39,779 nt of DNA from IMG/VR virus record IMGVR_UViG_3300028588_000045, positions 1-39,779 of that record; one strand, given 5' to 3'. This document shows positions 9,729 through 19,301 of the stretch, one piece after another. The DNA is from a virus (lineage: Duplodnaviria > Caudoviricetes). Within the stretch, counting starts at the first letter, position 1; every line of letters begins with the position of its first letter. The position numbers were made by a program, and so were the translations under genes. The notes beneath the pieces are model-generated. The model was not told the origin of the DNA. It worked only from the letters and a program-made list of their open reading frames with translations, and did no database searches.

Positions 9729-10339
9729 TGGCAACCCCGCCCACCCCTATCCGCATTCCGACGCTTCAGCAGCGCAACCCTATTGTGGATGAACAAGGGC
9801 GGATGGTGCCTGAGTTCGCGCGGCGGTTGCAGGACATATTCCAGCAGCTTGCCGCCGCTATTGGCAGCCTTCAGGCCCTGCCGATCATTCAGGATGCCTT
9901 GGACGCATTGCCGGCCGTTATCCAAGACGCCCAAGACGCAGCGGATGCCGCACAAGCCGCAGCGGACGGCGCTTCGGGAGTGGCGGCTTCCAACGCTCGC
10001 GAGCAGGCTCTGGTCAACAGCTACATCGAACCAGATAGCGTGATTACGGCGACTACCACCACGATTACGATTGCGGCCCATATCCGCCGTTACGCAGACG
10101 GGACAAGTGCCACGGTAAACGGCGGCGCGGCGGCAGCCACAGCGCCGTTAGATACAGATTACGTCTCCTATCTGGACCCAGAAAGGGACGGTGGGACCGT
10201 ATCCTACATGGTCAGCACAACCCAACCAGCGCAAACCGGCGTTACGCATGTGGTCGGGGCTGTTACTATCCCGGCTGTCGGCAGCGCAAATGGCGGCAGT
10301 GGTCCTCGTAAACCCGGCTACGTGAACCCCGATGATTGA
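9728..10339 (+). CDS. Tail needle-like protein (P22 gp26 position)
   Basis: GTG overlaps the gp10-like stop; PIVDEQGRMVPEF N-terminal motif, coiled coil, beta C-terminus. Confidence 0.6.
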   Translation: MATPPTPIRIPTLQQRNPIVDEQGRMVPEFARRLQDIFQQLAAAIGSLQALPIIQDALDALPAVIQDAQDAADAAQAAADGASGVAASNAREQALVNSYIEPDSVITATTTTITIAAHIRRYADGTSATVNGGAAAATAPLDTDYVSYLDPERDGGTVSYMVSTTQPAQTGVTHVVGAVTIPAVGSANGGSGPRKPGYVNPDD

Positions 10340-10754
10340 GAATCCCAGCGTTGACGAGGTGAACGCCATCGCCAACGATCCCGACGTGTACGCGCCGATG
10401 ATGCTAGGGATGTTGCACCCGCAGGCTGATATGGATTTCACGGATGCCGTGGAGCATCCCAACACGATCACGCTGATGGAGGACGGTTTTTGCGCGCTGT
10501 TCGTGTGGACTTCTCCCGCCACTTACGAGTGCCACGTCATGGCAAGGAAGTCGGCAAGGGGCGCGAAGATGATGCAATCAGCCCGTGCCATGCTTCAGAT
10601 TATGAAGGCGAAAGGCGCAAAAAGGATTTGGGGCCAGCCGAGCGCGTACAATAAAGCGGCGGTTTGCTTTGTGCGGCGAATGGGACTAAGGTATCTGGAT
10701 ACCGGTTTCCATCCCATTGCTGGCGACGTGCTGTATTTTGAGACGGAGTTGTAA
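10332..10754 (+). CDS. GNAT-like virion morphogenesis protein (P22 gp14/DUF2824-like)
   Basis: YECHVMARKSARG and NKAAVCFVRRMG GNAT motifs; synteny before ejection genes. Confidence 0.7.
   Translation: MIENPSVDEVNAIANDPDVYAPMMLGMLHPQADMDFTDAVEHPNTITLMEDGFCALFVWTSPATYECHVMARKSARGAKMMQSARAMLQIMKAKGAKRIWGQPSAYNKAAVCFVRRMGLRYLDTGFHPIAGDVLYFETEL
10664..10703 (+). promoter_or_regulatory. Sigma70-like promoter with overlapping palindromic operator, upstream of ejection genes
   Basis: TTGCTT(10664)-17-TAAGGT(10687); GGTATCTGGATACC at 10690-10703. Confidence 0.65.
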
Positions 10755-11483
10755 ATGCCTCCTGTAGCCATTGCAGCCGGTGTCGCAGCGGGCGGTTCTA
10801 TCATCGGTGGCGCTATTCAATCCAGCGCCGCGAAGAAGGCCGCGAAGACCCAGCAGACCACCGCCAATCAGGAAATGGCGCGGCTGCAAGCCAATCAGCA
10901 GTACGTTACAAGCCTTAACCAGCCTACCATCGACCGGGGCAACGCTGCCGGCTCGCTGATCGGCGGTTTTCTCGGGACGGGGGGAGGTGATCAAGCGGCT
11001 TCGGCGCTGGCGACATACCGCAACAGCACCGGGTATCAGGACTTGCTCAACACCGGCTTGGGGGGTGTCAATAGTAACGCCTACGCGCGAGGGCTGGGAG
11101 CGTCTGGCGCTACGCTGAAGGCGCTACAGGCTAAGGGCCAGTCGCTGGCGGATCAGTCGTCGGGCAACTGGCTGAACGGCTTGGGCAACCTCGCCAGCAT
11201 GGGCCAGTCAGCAATCGGTCAAGTGGCCGGCGCAGCGACTAGCACAACCAACAACATCACGAATCTTCAGACAGGTGCGGCTGATGCTTCGTCCAACGCC
11301 TCTCTTGCGAGCGGCGCGGCGTGGGGCAAGGCGATCCAGAACCTCGCCAACATTGGCGGGTCTTTCGCTGGCGGCGGCGGGGGTGGCGGTTTGGCATCGA
11401 GTTACCAGCCTTATCAACCGTTGGCGCGGGCGGGGATTGCTGATCCGTTTGGCGACCGTCTGGGCTACGGGGGCCGCTACTAA
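10755..11483 (+). CDS. DNA ejection/pilot protein (P22 gp7-like)
   Basis: Gly/Ala-rich hydrophobic N-terminus; STGYQ..L..G and SGATLKALQ motifs. Confidence 0.8.
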   Translation: MPPVAIAAGVAAGGSIIGGAIQSSAAKKAAKTQQTTANQEMARLQANQQYVTSLNQPTIDRGNAAGSLIGGFLGTGGGDQAASALATYRNSTGYQDLLNTGLGGVNSNAYARGLGASGATLKALQAKGQSLADQSSGNWLNGLGNLASMGQSAIGQVAGAATSTTNNITNLQTGAADASSNASLASGAAWGKAIQNLANIGGSFAGGGGGGGLASSYQPYQPLARAGIADPFGDRLGYGGRY

Positions 11484-13189
11484 TGGCCGTCAATTGGGGT
11501 TTGCAGGGCCAAGGCTTTGATGCCGGTGACGTGTTGGCGTCTTTTGGTCAGGCTCAGCAACAGAACCTACAGCGGCAGGCGCTCCAGCAGCGGGTAATGC
11601 AGCAGCAGCGCGAACAGCAAGTCGCGCAACAGGCTGGCGGACTCGCTGCGACAGGTGATTTCGGCGGTGCGCGTAATTCCGCTTTGAGCGCAGGCGCGTT
11701 CGACATCGCCAAGCATATTGACGGGCTGGAGGACGGCCACCGCGCGCAGATCGCCAAGCGGGCGCAGACGGTGGGCGCGTTGGCTGTGGGCATGAAGGGC
11801 ATCCCGCAGGAACAGCGGGCGGCGCGTCTACAGGCGCTTGCGCCGCAGCTTCGGCAGTTGGGATTTCATCCGCAGGAATTGGCGCAAGTCGATCTCAGCG
11901 ACAACGGCCTAGACGGTTACATATCGTTCGCCACAAGCGCAGACGACGCGATCAAGGCTTATGCCAAGTCGCAGGAAGCCTACACGCTGAACGACGGCGA
12001 TCAGCGGTTCGTCGGCGGTCAGATGATCGCGCAGAACGAAAAAGACGCACCGAAAGCGGATTGGATATTTGACAGCGAAAGCGGGTCGTGGCTTCAGAAA
12101 CCCGGTACGGGCGGCAGTCCCAACGGGGGTACTCCAGCCATGCCCGCCATGGGTGGCGGTGGTTCGTTGAGCGGCATGGCGGCTATTACGGCTATGTCGG
12201 AAAGCGGTAATCGCGATTTCACGCCAAACGGCAATCTCGTCACGTCGCCAGCCGGCGCGCAGGGCGCTATGCAGACAATGCCCACCACGCAGGGCAATCC
12301 AGGCTTCGGCATTGCGCCGGTTCGTGACGGCAGCGTTGCCGAAAAGAACCGTGTGGGCCGCGATTATCTGAACGCCATGATGTCGCGGTACAACGACCCA
12401 GCCAAGGCATGGGCCGCATACAACGCGGGGCCGGGGCGGCTGGACGCGGCTATCCGGTCCGGCGGCGAGAATTGGCTTGCCGAGATGCCGGCTGAGACGC
12501 GGGCGTATGTCGCCAAGAACGTGCGTCAGCTAGGCGGCGGCTCTGGTAGCGGCGGGCAGCCGGGGGTTATCAACGTTCGTGCGCCTAAGGCGCGGTCGGA
12601 AAATGCGCCGTCCGGCTATCGGTTCAATGGCGACCGCTTGGAAGCTATTCCTGGTGGCCCTGCCGATAAGCCGCGCGGTAGCAGCGCAAGCGGCGATACC
12701 AAAACGGAAGCGCAATTCCGAAAAGAATTTAACGGCCTTCAGGAGGTGAAGGATTTCAAAAAAACCCGCACCGAATTTCAGGCTTTGCGTTCGCTGGCGC
12801 TGAACCCCAACGCTACGGCGCAGGACGACATTGCGGTCATTTTCAGCTTTATGAAGGCACTCGACCCGAACTCAACCGTGCGGGAGGGTGAGTTCGCCAC
12901 AGCGCAAAATGCTGGCGGCGTTCCTGAAAACGTTCGTAATGCTTACACTAGGGCGGTTAACGGAGAACGCCTTAACGCCTCTCAGCGCAAGGCAATGGTG
13001 CGTTCTGCTTACCAAAGCTACAAAGCCCGCCGCGACCAGTACAACACCACAGCTGAAGAATATCGCGGATACGCTAAGGATAGCGGCGTAAACGCTGACC
13101 GCGTGGCACGCACTTACACGCCCGACCGCGCCAAGGGTCCGGGTGCCAGCAAGCGTATCAGTAAAACCATTATTCTGTTGGATCAGTGA
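11483..13189 (+). CDS. DNA ejection protein with soluble lytic transglycosylase domain
   Basis: ESG...SPAGAQGAMQTMP, AAYNAGPG and ETRAYV SLT motifs; C-terminal LDPNSTVREGEF. Confidence 0.85.
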   Translation: MAVNWGLQGQGFDAGDVLASFGQAQQQNLQRQALQQRVMQQQREQQVAQQAGGLAATGDFGGARNSALSAGAFDIAKHIDGLEDGHRAQIAKRAQTVGALAVGMKGIPQEQRAARLQALAPQLRQLGFHPQELAQVDLSDNGLDGYISFATSADDAIKAYAKSQEAYTLNDGDQRFVGGQMIAQNEKDAPKADWIFDSESGSWLQKPGTGGSPNGGTPAMPAMGGGGSLSGMAAITAMSESGNRDFTPNGNLVTSPAGAQGAMQTMPTTQGNPGFGIAPVRDGSVAEKNRVGRDYLNAMMSRYNDPAKAWAAYNAGPGRLDAAIRSGGENWLAEMPAETRAYVAKNVRQLGGGSGSGGQPGVINVRAPKARSENAPSGYRFNGDRLEAIPGGPADKPRGSSASGDTKTEAQFRKEFNGLQEVKDFKKTRTEFQALRSLALNPNATAQDDIAVIFSFMKALDPNSTVREGEFATAQNAGGVPENVRNAYTRAVNGERLNASQRKAMVRSAYQSYKARRDQYNTTAEEYRGYAKDSGVNADRVARTYTPDRAKGPGASKRISKTIILLDQ

Positions 13190-15630
13190 TGCCAGCCCAG
13201 CGATACGCTATCACCGCGTCTGACGGCAAAGAGTACAAGATTCTTGCCGACGACCCGTCCGAAGCTGTCCGCATGGAAGCGTTCATCAATGAACGTTTGG
13301 CGGCTGGCGACACGGACCCGAACAACTGGAACCCGGACAACGCGGTAGTACGTAAGCCTAGCAAGGCGCAGCGCCTCAAGCAGGCGCAGGATAAGCTAGG
13401 CGGTAAGGCTGGCTATCAGACGTTGTTGACGCAAGGCGCTTCTTTCGGGCTGTCTGACGAAGCTGCTGGCGTCGGCAACGCTTTCACGTCGCTGCTACAA
13501 GGTGATACTGATTTTTCGGGCAACTACGCCGCTGGTAGGGATGCAGAACGCTCGCGGATTGAAGACGCGCGCCAATCGACCGGTGGCACGGGCTTTTTGG
13601 CTGAACTTGGTGGGGGCCTTGTTGGGGCGGCCCCTACTGCCGCACTCCGCACATTGATGGGGCTTGGACAAGCTTCTCGTGCTGGTGCCATCGGCGGCGC
13701 TGCTGCGGGCGCTGTAGGCGGCTTTGGCACAGGCGAAGGGACAGGTAACAGCGTTGCTCAAGCCGGCGTGGGTACTGCTGTCGGGGGATTCTTGGGTGCC
13801 GCGCTGCCAGTAGTCGGAAGTGTCATCGGAAACCGCATCGGCGGATTGCAGCGTATGTTCGCAACGGATCGCGCGCCGATTGCGCGGCAGATCGTCGGGC
13901 AGGCTATTGAGGCGGACGCTAACACGGCCACGGGTGTCGGGCGGCAACTGGCACAGGCTCGCGAACGTGGCTCACCGCTCGCCATTGCCGACACCGGAGA
14001 GAATGCGCGCGAAACCCTTGCGTCTGTTTCCCGCCAGCCGGGACCAGCGCGAACCATCGCCACGGAGTTCGCGGGCGAACGCCAGACTGCGCAGAGCGAC
14101 CGTGTTGTCGGCTCCATCGGACGCAACCTTGGCCGTATCGGCAACGTGCGCGAGGAGTCCGACGCGCTGATGCAGCAGGCGCGGACGGCGGCTGATCCTC
14201 TTTACGAGGAATTCAGGGCAGGTGCTGGCCGCACTAGCGATGAACTAGAGGCCATCCTTCAAACCCCGGCAGGTAAAGCCGCCCTCGGGAAAGCCAGAAC
14301 TATCGCCAGCAATGAGCGTCGCGACCCTAATAAAATGGGTTTCGATCTAGACGACCAAGGCGAAACGATCTTAACCCAAGTTCCTTCGCCTGAGACTCTT
14401 GATCTTATCAAGCGTGGCCTTGATGATATCATCGAAGAGGCACGCGATCCAGTAACACGGCAAATTGCTTATACCCCTTCACTGCGCGCCGTTGAAGATG
14501 TGCGGAAATCGCTTATTCGCGAGGCTGACAATTTGCACCCCGCATACGCTCAGGCTCGCGCGGCTTTTGCTGGCCCTGCTTCTGCCGAAGAGGCGCTCCA
14601 GCTTGGTCGTAATTCCCTTAATTCCTCGGCAGAGGACATTGAGGCGGCTCTTAGCAGGATGGGCGACGCGGAACGCGAGCAGTACGCGCTAGGGTTTCGT
14701 GCGGCTATGGCAGACAACGTCGGTCGCGCCACGGATGGGACCAACCTTGCTCAACGCATGCTGGGCACTCCTCGTAAGCGAGCGGCGTTAGCGTCTGTGT
14801 TTAGAGAGCCACTTCCGACAGCCCCGGAAGGTTTCAAAAACGTAATTCATGATCGGCCCGCTCTGCAAGTTGGCCGTCCTAATAATAACGATTTAGTCAC
14901 AGAAGATGGCTTCACTTATAGATCGCTTTCCCCAGAAGAGATTGCCGACGCTAAAAATACTGGCGGGTTTTTGCCAAACCCCAGCGGAAAATCATCCGGT
15001 GGTCGCAAAAACGTCAAGCATTGGGTGAAAGGCGGGCAACAGTCCGGTCAGTTCTTTCGCGAGGGGCAGGTCGTTGTAAGAGTCCCAAATAATAAAATTA
15101 ATGCAGGTCGGCCTGTTCACGTTGCTGACGCAGAAATTTGGGGCGGCTCTCAAAACTGGAGTCAGGTTTCGTCGGGTGACGCATCTTTACAAAGATTTGT
15201 TGAAACTCTTGGTGACGAACGCGCGACTAGCGAGACGTTCAATTCTGTGGCGCGTGGGTCGCAGACGGCGCTACGGAACGCGTTTGACAATACCACCAAC
15301 GATACCGGCATTGCCGAAACTGCTGCCAATGTCGCCATAAAGGGAGCCTCGCACCCGCTCGCCCTCCTCGGAGATGCGTTGCAGGCGCTCGGAGACGTGA
15401 ATCGCTTCGGCCCTGGACAAGCCGGGAACGCAACGCGCGAGAGCGTCGCAGCGCTGCTTACGGAGACGGACCCCACGGTCTTGGATGAACTCTCTCGCGC
15501 CATTCGGCGGGCTAACTACAGGCAGCGCATCGCTGGGCGCACTGCCAACGGGAGAGCTGCTGCTGTTGGCGCGCCAACCGTTAACAGTGGTGTTGCGGCG
15601 CTCAACTCGCTTTCTCCAGAGCCAAGATAG
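13186..15630 (+). CDS. Large DNA ejection protein (P22 gp16 position) with an internal inserted segment
   Basis: QGASFGLSDE, Gly-rich hydrophobic stretch, helical body, YAQARAAFAG; AT-richer insert at about 14803-15174. Confidence 0.8.
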   Translation: MMPAQRYAITASDGKEYKILADDPSEAVRMEAFINERLAAGDTDPNNWNPDNAVVRKPSKAQRLKQAQDKLGGKAGYQTLLTQGASFGLSDEAAGVGNAFTSLLQGDTDFSGNYAAGRDAERSRIEDARQSTGGTGFLAELGGGLVGAAPTAALRTLMGLGQASRAGAIGGAAAGAVGGFGTGEGTGNSVAQAGVGTAVGGFLGAALPVVGSVIGNRIGGLQRMFATDRAPIARQIVGQAIEADANTATGVGRQLAQARERGSPLAIADTGENARETLASVSRQPGPARTIATEFAGERQTAQSDRVVGSIGRNLGRIGNVREESDALMQQARTAADPLYEEFRAGAGRTSDELEAILQTPAGKAALGKARTIASNERRDPNKMGFDLDDQGETILTQVPSPETLDLIKRGLDDIIEEARDPVTRQIAYTPSLRAVEDVRKSLIREADNLHPAYAQARAAFAGPASAEEALQLGRNSLNSSAEDIEAALSRMGDAEREQYALGFRAAMADNVGRATDGTNLAQRMLGTPRKRAALASVFREPLPTAPEGFKNVIHDRPALQVGRPNNNDLVTEDGFTYRSLSPEEIADAKNTGGFLPNPSGKSSGGRKNVKHWVKGGQQSGQFFREGQVVVRVPNNKINAGRPVHVADAEIWGGSQNWSQVSSGDASLQRFVETLGDERATSETFNSVARGSQTALRNAFDNTTNDTGIAETAANVAIKGASHPLALLGDALQALGDVNRFGPGQAGNATRESVAALLTETDPTVLDELSRAIRRANYRQRIAGRTANGRAAAVGAPTVNSGVAALNSLSPEPR

Positions 15631-15638
15631 CAAAGACA

Positions 15639-15654
15639 TGGTATCCTGATACCA
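15639..15654. promoter_or_regulatory. Palindromic operator upstream of tailspike
   Basis: TGGTATCCTGATACCA in the 43-nt intergenic gap; same motif at 10690, 36934 and 39323. Confidence 0.7.
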
Positions 15655-15673
15655 CATTCATTAGGGCGGTAAA

Positions 15674-17479
15674 ATGGCAAGCGCAGCACTCGACATCACG
15701 TTTCCCGGCAATCTGGCGCAGGTGCGAACTGCTGTCGATTTGCGCGCGGTGCCCTACGCTACGGTCAGTGACGGCGAACTTTGGGTCGTATCGGACTTAG
15801 GCCTGTTCCAGTACGATGCTAATTCGGTGGCGGTGGATGACGGCACAACTGTATTAAAGCCATCCGGCCTTACGATTCTGCAAGCAGGGCGTTGGCTGCT
15901 ATCCGGCTTGTCTGCGCTGTCCGCCCAGATCGCAGCATATGGCGCGACACTTGCGGCAGGAGATGGGTCGGCCAAAATCGGCTTTCTTCAAAAAGGTTCT
16001 GGCGCGGTTTTGCGAACCATCCTTGCCAAGGAGCATGATGTATTTTCAATTTTGGATTTCGGCGCGTTGGGCAACAACACCGGGAATCAATCCACTATCA
16101 TTCAGGTTGCTATCGACGCCGTATCTAGTTTGGGCGGCGGTACTATTGTTTTCCCATCGGGGGTCTACCGCACCACTACCAGTGTAAATCTTAAATCAAA
16201 TGTGAAGATCAGGGGCGACCGGGGCGCGTCTATTCATTGGATTAACACCACGACGGGCAACGCTTTCCAAGCTATCGGTACTGGCAGTTCAATCATCAAA
16301 GACATCCACGTTGAGGGGCTGGCTGTCTACGGCGATACCAGCTTCGGCGGCGGCGTTCCCACTGTCCTGAACGGTAGCGCTTTCAACTTCCAGTTCGTCA
16401 GCAACAGCAGCGTTCGTGATTGCAACATCATTGGCTTTGCCGATAACGCTGTTGCTTTTGCCAATGGCGACCTGAACGTCATCGACGGCGTGACGGCAGA
16501 CCAGTGTGGGCAGTCGCTGGCTATCTATGGCACGACGCGCGGCGGCTACGGCAATAAGGTCATCAACAGCACTGTCACCCGCAACGGCACGTTCAATGCC
16601 ATCCACTCGGAGGGTCGCGCTGCGGGCGGTACGCAGGACGTGTTGGGCACGCAGTTCCTTAACAACACCGTGGACGACAGTTATGGGCACTGCATCAATG
16701 GCGAAAATTCGCCAGGGATCGTGATCGCCGGCAACCGTGTTCGCAAGGCTGGCCCGGGAGTTGAGTCAGACCTGATCCACGGCATTTTTCTGTTTGGCTC
16801 GCCAAATTCCACCGTCAACGGCAACGTATCGACGGACAATGTGGGCAGGGGTATCCTGATTGGTCCCAATTGCGGCAACGTGTCGATCAACGGCAACACG
16901 ACAGCCAATAACACCGGCGGATCATGTCTGCTGACAGACGGCGGCGGTGTAGCTGCGTCCAACAATGTGGCAATCGGGTTCAATGCTTTTGGCGAAGGTC
17001 CGGTCGTGCAAAGCGGCAACGTGTCCGTGCGCAATCTGACGCCTTCGATCCAGTTCACCAACACACCGAACGTCGATCCCCTGACGCTGGATTGGTATGA
17101 AGAAGGCATTTTCACGCCAGTAATTGTCGGGACGACTAGCGCAGGGTCGGGCACGTACACGGCACAGGCGGGGCGCTTTACCCGCATTGGTAACGTGGTG
17201 AACCTCTGGATTACGATAGGGTGGAGCGCCCACACCGGCACAGGCAATATGCGCCTGACCGGGTTGCCTTACGTCAATAACGCTGCGGTCAAGTCCACGC
17301 TGGAACTCGCGCCTAACGGGCTGGCACTGCCGGCGAATTCCACGCTGCATACGGTCATCATCGAAGGTCAGTCGTATATCGACTTCTATACGCACCAGCC
17401 GACAGCGGGCGACCAGACCATGCTGCCGATGGATAGCGCCGTGCCAGAGATGACGTTAGCCGGCGCATACCGCGCGTGA
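15674..17479 (+). CDS. Tailspike with parallel beta-helix (pectate lyase-like) depolymerase domain
   Basis: SILDFGALGN...IQVAIDA...GGGTIVFPSGVY; Asn-rich beta-helix repeats; C-terminal YEEGIFTP...FTRIGNVV. Confidence 0.88.
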   Translation: MASAALDITFPGNLAQVRTAVDLRAVPYATVSDGELWVVSDLGLFQYDANSVAVDDGTTVLKPSGLTILQAGRWLLSGLSALSAQIAAYGATLAAGDGSAKIGFLQKGSGAVLRTILAKEHDVFSILDFGALGNNTGNQSTIIQVAIDAVSSLGGGTIVFPSGVYRTTTSVNLKSNVKIRGDRGASIHWINTTTGNAFQAIGTGSSIIKDIHVEGLAVYGDTSFGGGVPTVLNGSAFNFQFVSNSSVRDCNIIGFADNAVAFANGDLNVIDGVTADQCGQSLAIYGTTRGGYGNKVINSTVTRNGTFNAIHSEGRAAGGTQDVLGTQFLNNTVDDSYGHCINGENSPGIVIAGNRVRKAGPGVESDLIHGIFLFGSPNSTVNGNVSTDNVGRGILIGPNCGNVSINGNTTANNTGGSCLLTDGGGVAASNNVAIGFNAFGEGPVVQSGNVSVRNLTPSIQFTNTPNVDPLTLDWYEEGIFTPVIVGTTSAGSGTYTAQAGRFTRIGNVVNLWITIGWSAHTGTGNMRLTGLPYVNNAAVKSTLELAPNGLALPANSTLHTVIIEGQSYIDFYTHQPTAGDQTMLPMDSAVPEMTLAGAYRA

Positions 17480-17536
17480 AATCTGGCGACAAACGTGATA
17501 CAGCAACTGCCACCACCAATCGTATGGGAGTGTGTG

Positions 17537-17668
17537 ATGCCGAAGGATGACAAGAAGCCGAAGCCGGAGGAATGCGAGGGCCTGACTCCGGTCGAGCAGC
17601 CGAAGCCGAACGCTGCGCCGTCGAGCGGGCCTAAGGGGCCTCCGCCCCCGCCTCCGCCCGAAGGCTAA
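17537..17668 (+). CDS. 43-aa proline-rich peptide (not in ORF track)
   Basis: GGGAG RBS then MPKDDKKPKPEECEGLTPVEQPKPNAAPSSGPKGPPPPPPPEG*; stop is 1 nt before the next ATG. Confidence 0.7.
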   Translation: MPKDDKKPKPEECEGLTPVEQPKPNAAPSSGPKGPPPPPPPEG

Positions 17669-17669
17669 C

Positions 17670-18119
17670 ATGAGTCCCGAACACCTGTATTTTGCCGCAT
17701 TGGCCTTCGTGATTCTGCCGGCTATGCCGTTCAGCATAGGGGCGATGCTTGTCGGCGCAGTATGGGTGTTCGGGCAAGCCCTCCTGTATCTCGGCGGGTT
17801 GAATGACCCGCTGCTAGACATGACGACTAATGGCATGGCGCTATCGCTGTTGCTGGCTATGCTGTTTCTGCGTTGGCGCTGGAGCAATTTCGTGCTCGCG
17901 CTGACGTTCGCATACATGATTTATATCAATGGCTTAGATGCCAGTGATGCGTTACATCCATATTATGCGTGGTGGTATAATTACTATGCCGCGATGGCAC
18001 AGGTGGCCGTTATTCCCTTCACGGTGAATTGGGCGCTTGTGAAGGAAGGAGTGGCGGCTTTGCGTGATAACAGCTTCTTGGACAACCTCCTTCGTGTAGC
18101 TGCGCCTTGGAAAGCGTAA
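17670..18119 (+). CDS. Multi-pass membrane protein
   Basis: 149 aa, about 4-5 hydrophobic segments. Confidence 0.75.
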   Translation: MSPEHLYFAALAFVILPAMPFSIGAMLVGAVWVFGQALLYLGGLNDPLLDMTTNGMALSLLLAMLFLRWRWSNFVLALTFAYMIYINGLDASDALHPYYAWWYNYYAAMAQVAVIPFTVNWALVKEGVAALRDNSFLDNLLRVAAPWKA

Positions 18120-18646
18120 TCGCACTAGCAGGCGTCTGGATGGCCGCTTCAACCGCAGGGCAAGTTCCGATCCCGGTAGCGACGGGATGGACGTGGACGA
18201 CTACGATGGGCGCTGTTCAGAACATTCTCTTGGCGGGGGGCGGCGCTGGTCTGGGCGCTCTTGGGCTGCGCATCATCGTGGCGTTGAAGCGTCTAGGCAA
18301 TGAACGCGCCAAGCAGGACACGGACCGCGATTCGGGGCGCTGGCGCGAATTGATGGAGTTGAATGACAAACTTCAGGTCCGCATCGCCAAGCTGGAAGAT
18401 GATGTCCGCGACGAACGCCGCCGCAGTGATGAAGAGGTCGCGCTGATCCGCAAGCAGCACGTCGAAGAGATGACGACTGTTCGTCTGGAGCATGAGCGGC
18501 AGATCAAGGCGTTTAACGAACGCATCGACCAATTGCAGCGGACGATATTCCAGAACCAGCAATCTACCGCTACAATACTCGCACCTATGGTTGGTGCTGA
18601 GCGGGCGCGCGAGAAGCTGGATAAGATTAAGGGACCCGGGGAATGA
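18107..18646 (+). CDS. Membrane-anchored coiled-coil protein (holin-like lysis-region protein)
   Basis: Hydrophobic segment followed by KR and a long charged coiled coil; upstream of the endolysin; start uncertain. Confidence 0.55.
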   Translation: MESVIALAGVWMAASTAGQVPIPVATGWTWTTTMGAVQNILLAGGGAGLGALGLRIIVALKRLGNERAKQDTDRDSGRWRELMELNDKLQVRIAKLEDDVRDERRRSDEEVALIRKQHVEEMTTVRLEHERQIKAFNERIDQLQRTIFQNQQSTATILAPMVGAERAREKLDKIKGPGE

Positions 18647-18648
18647 CC

Positions 18649-19272
18649 CTACAAAAGGTCATCCCCCAGTATGGGATTTCCTTTAACGCCACGGCGGAAG
18701 CGCCTAGTGCTTATGGTCCCTCGTTTTACACCAACGTGATCCGCAAAAGTCGCGAGGGTAAAAGTGCGTCCTTCATAAAAAACTTTTACAACCCTAGAAG
18801 TGTTTTCAGCTTGCTGTTGCGCAGTAGCCCATCTGCAATTCTCAGGCTCGTAATTACCCGTGCTATCAATGCGGTCTATAGAGGTTCCTTCTGGCCTAGG
18901 CCCCATATCCCGCAAAAAACATTCAAAGCTATTAAGCCACTGCGGGCATATTGTGACACCCTTGCCTCCCCAAAGAGCGTAATTGGGTTTATTGGGATTG
19001 AGGCACCTAGCCTTCATCGAAGTCCAAGACCTATATTCAGGACTGCCCCCATCGCTGGAGTAGCCGTGATCCCGTTTCGCTGCGGCGAGTCGTTCACTTC
19101 TAACGCATCCACAGCCTTCTGTGTGACCCTTTCTAAGATTGCTGCTGCTAACGATGGCGCTGCCACCGCAATCGCAGCTACAATTCCAACAAACTTTCTT
19201 GCCGGTGTTGGCGGCTTGGCTTGTGACGGTCAGCCTGCCATATTTATGGCCGATGAGATCAATCTTTTTCAT
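18649..19272 (-). CDS. HNH-type homing endonuclease-like protein
   Basis: DLIGHKYGRLTV, WNCSCDCG, SMKARC, GITIC-like GVTICPQW, SIDRIDSTGNYEPENCRWAT. Confidence 0.88.
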   Translation of the reverse strand: MKKIDLIGHKYGRLTVTSQAANTGKKVCWNCSCDCGGSAIVSSSNLRKGHTEGCGCVRSERLAAAKRDHGYSSDGGSPEYRSWTSMKARCLNPNKPNYALWGGKGVTICPQWLNSFECFLRDMGPRPEGTSIDRIDSTGNYEPENCRWATAQQQAENTSRVVKVFYEGRTFTLATFADHVGVKRGTISTRRFRRGVKGNPILGDDLL

Positions 19273-19301
19273 GGGCATCTTTTAGCATGGAAGATAACAA
19301 C

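Noticed and set aside
16851-16864. Partial palindrome matches GGTATCCTGATTGG (and GGTATCAGGA at 11032)
   Set aside because: Inside coding regions with a broken right arm; not counted as operators.
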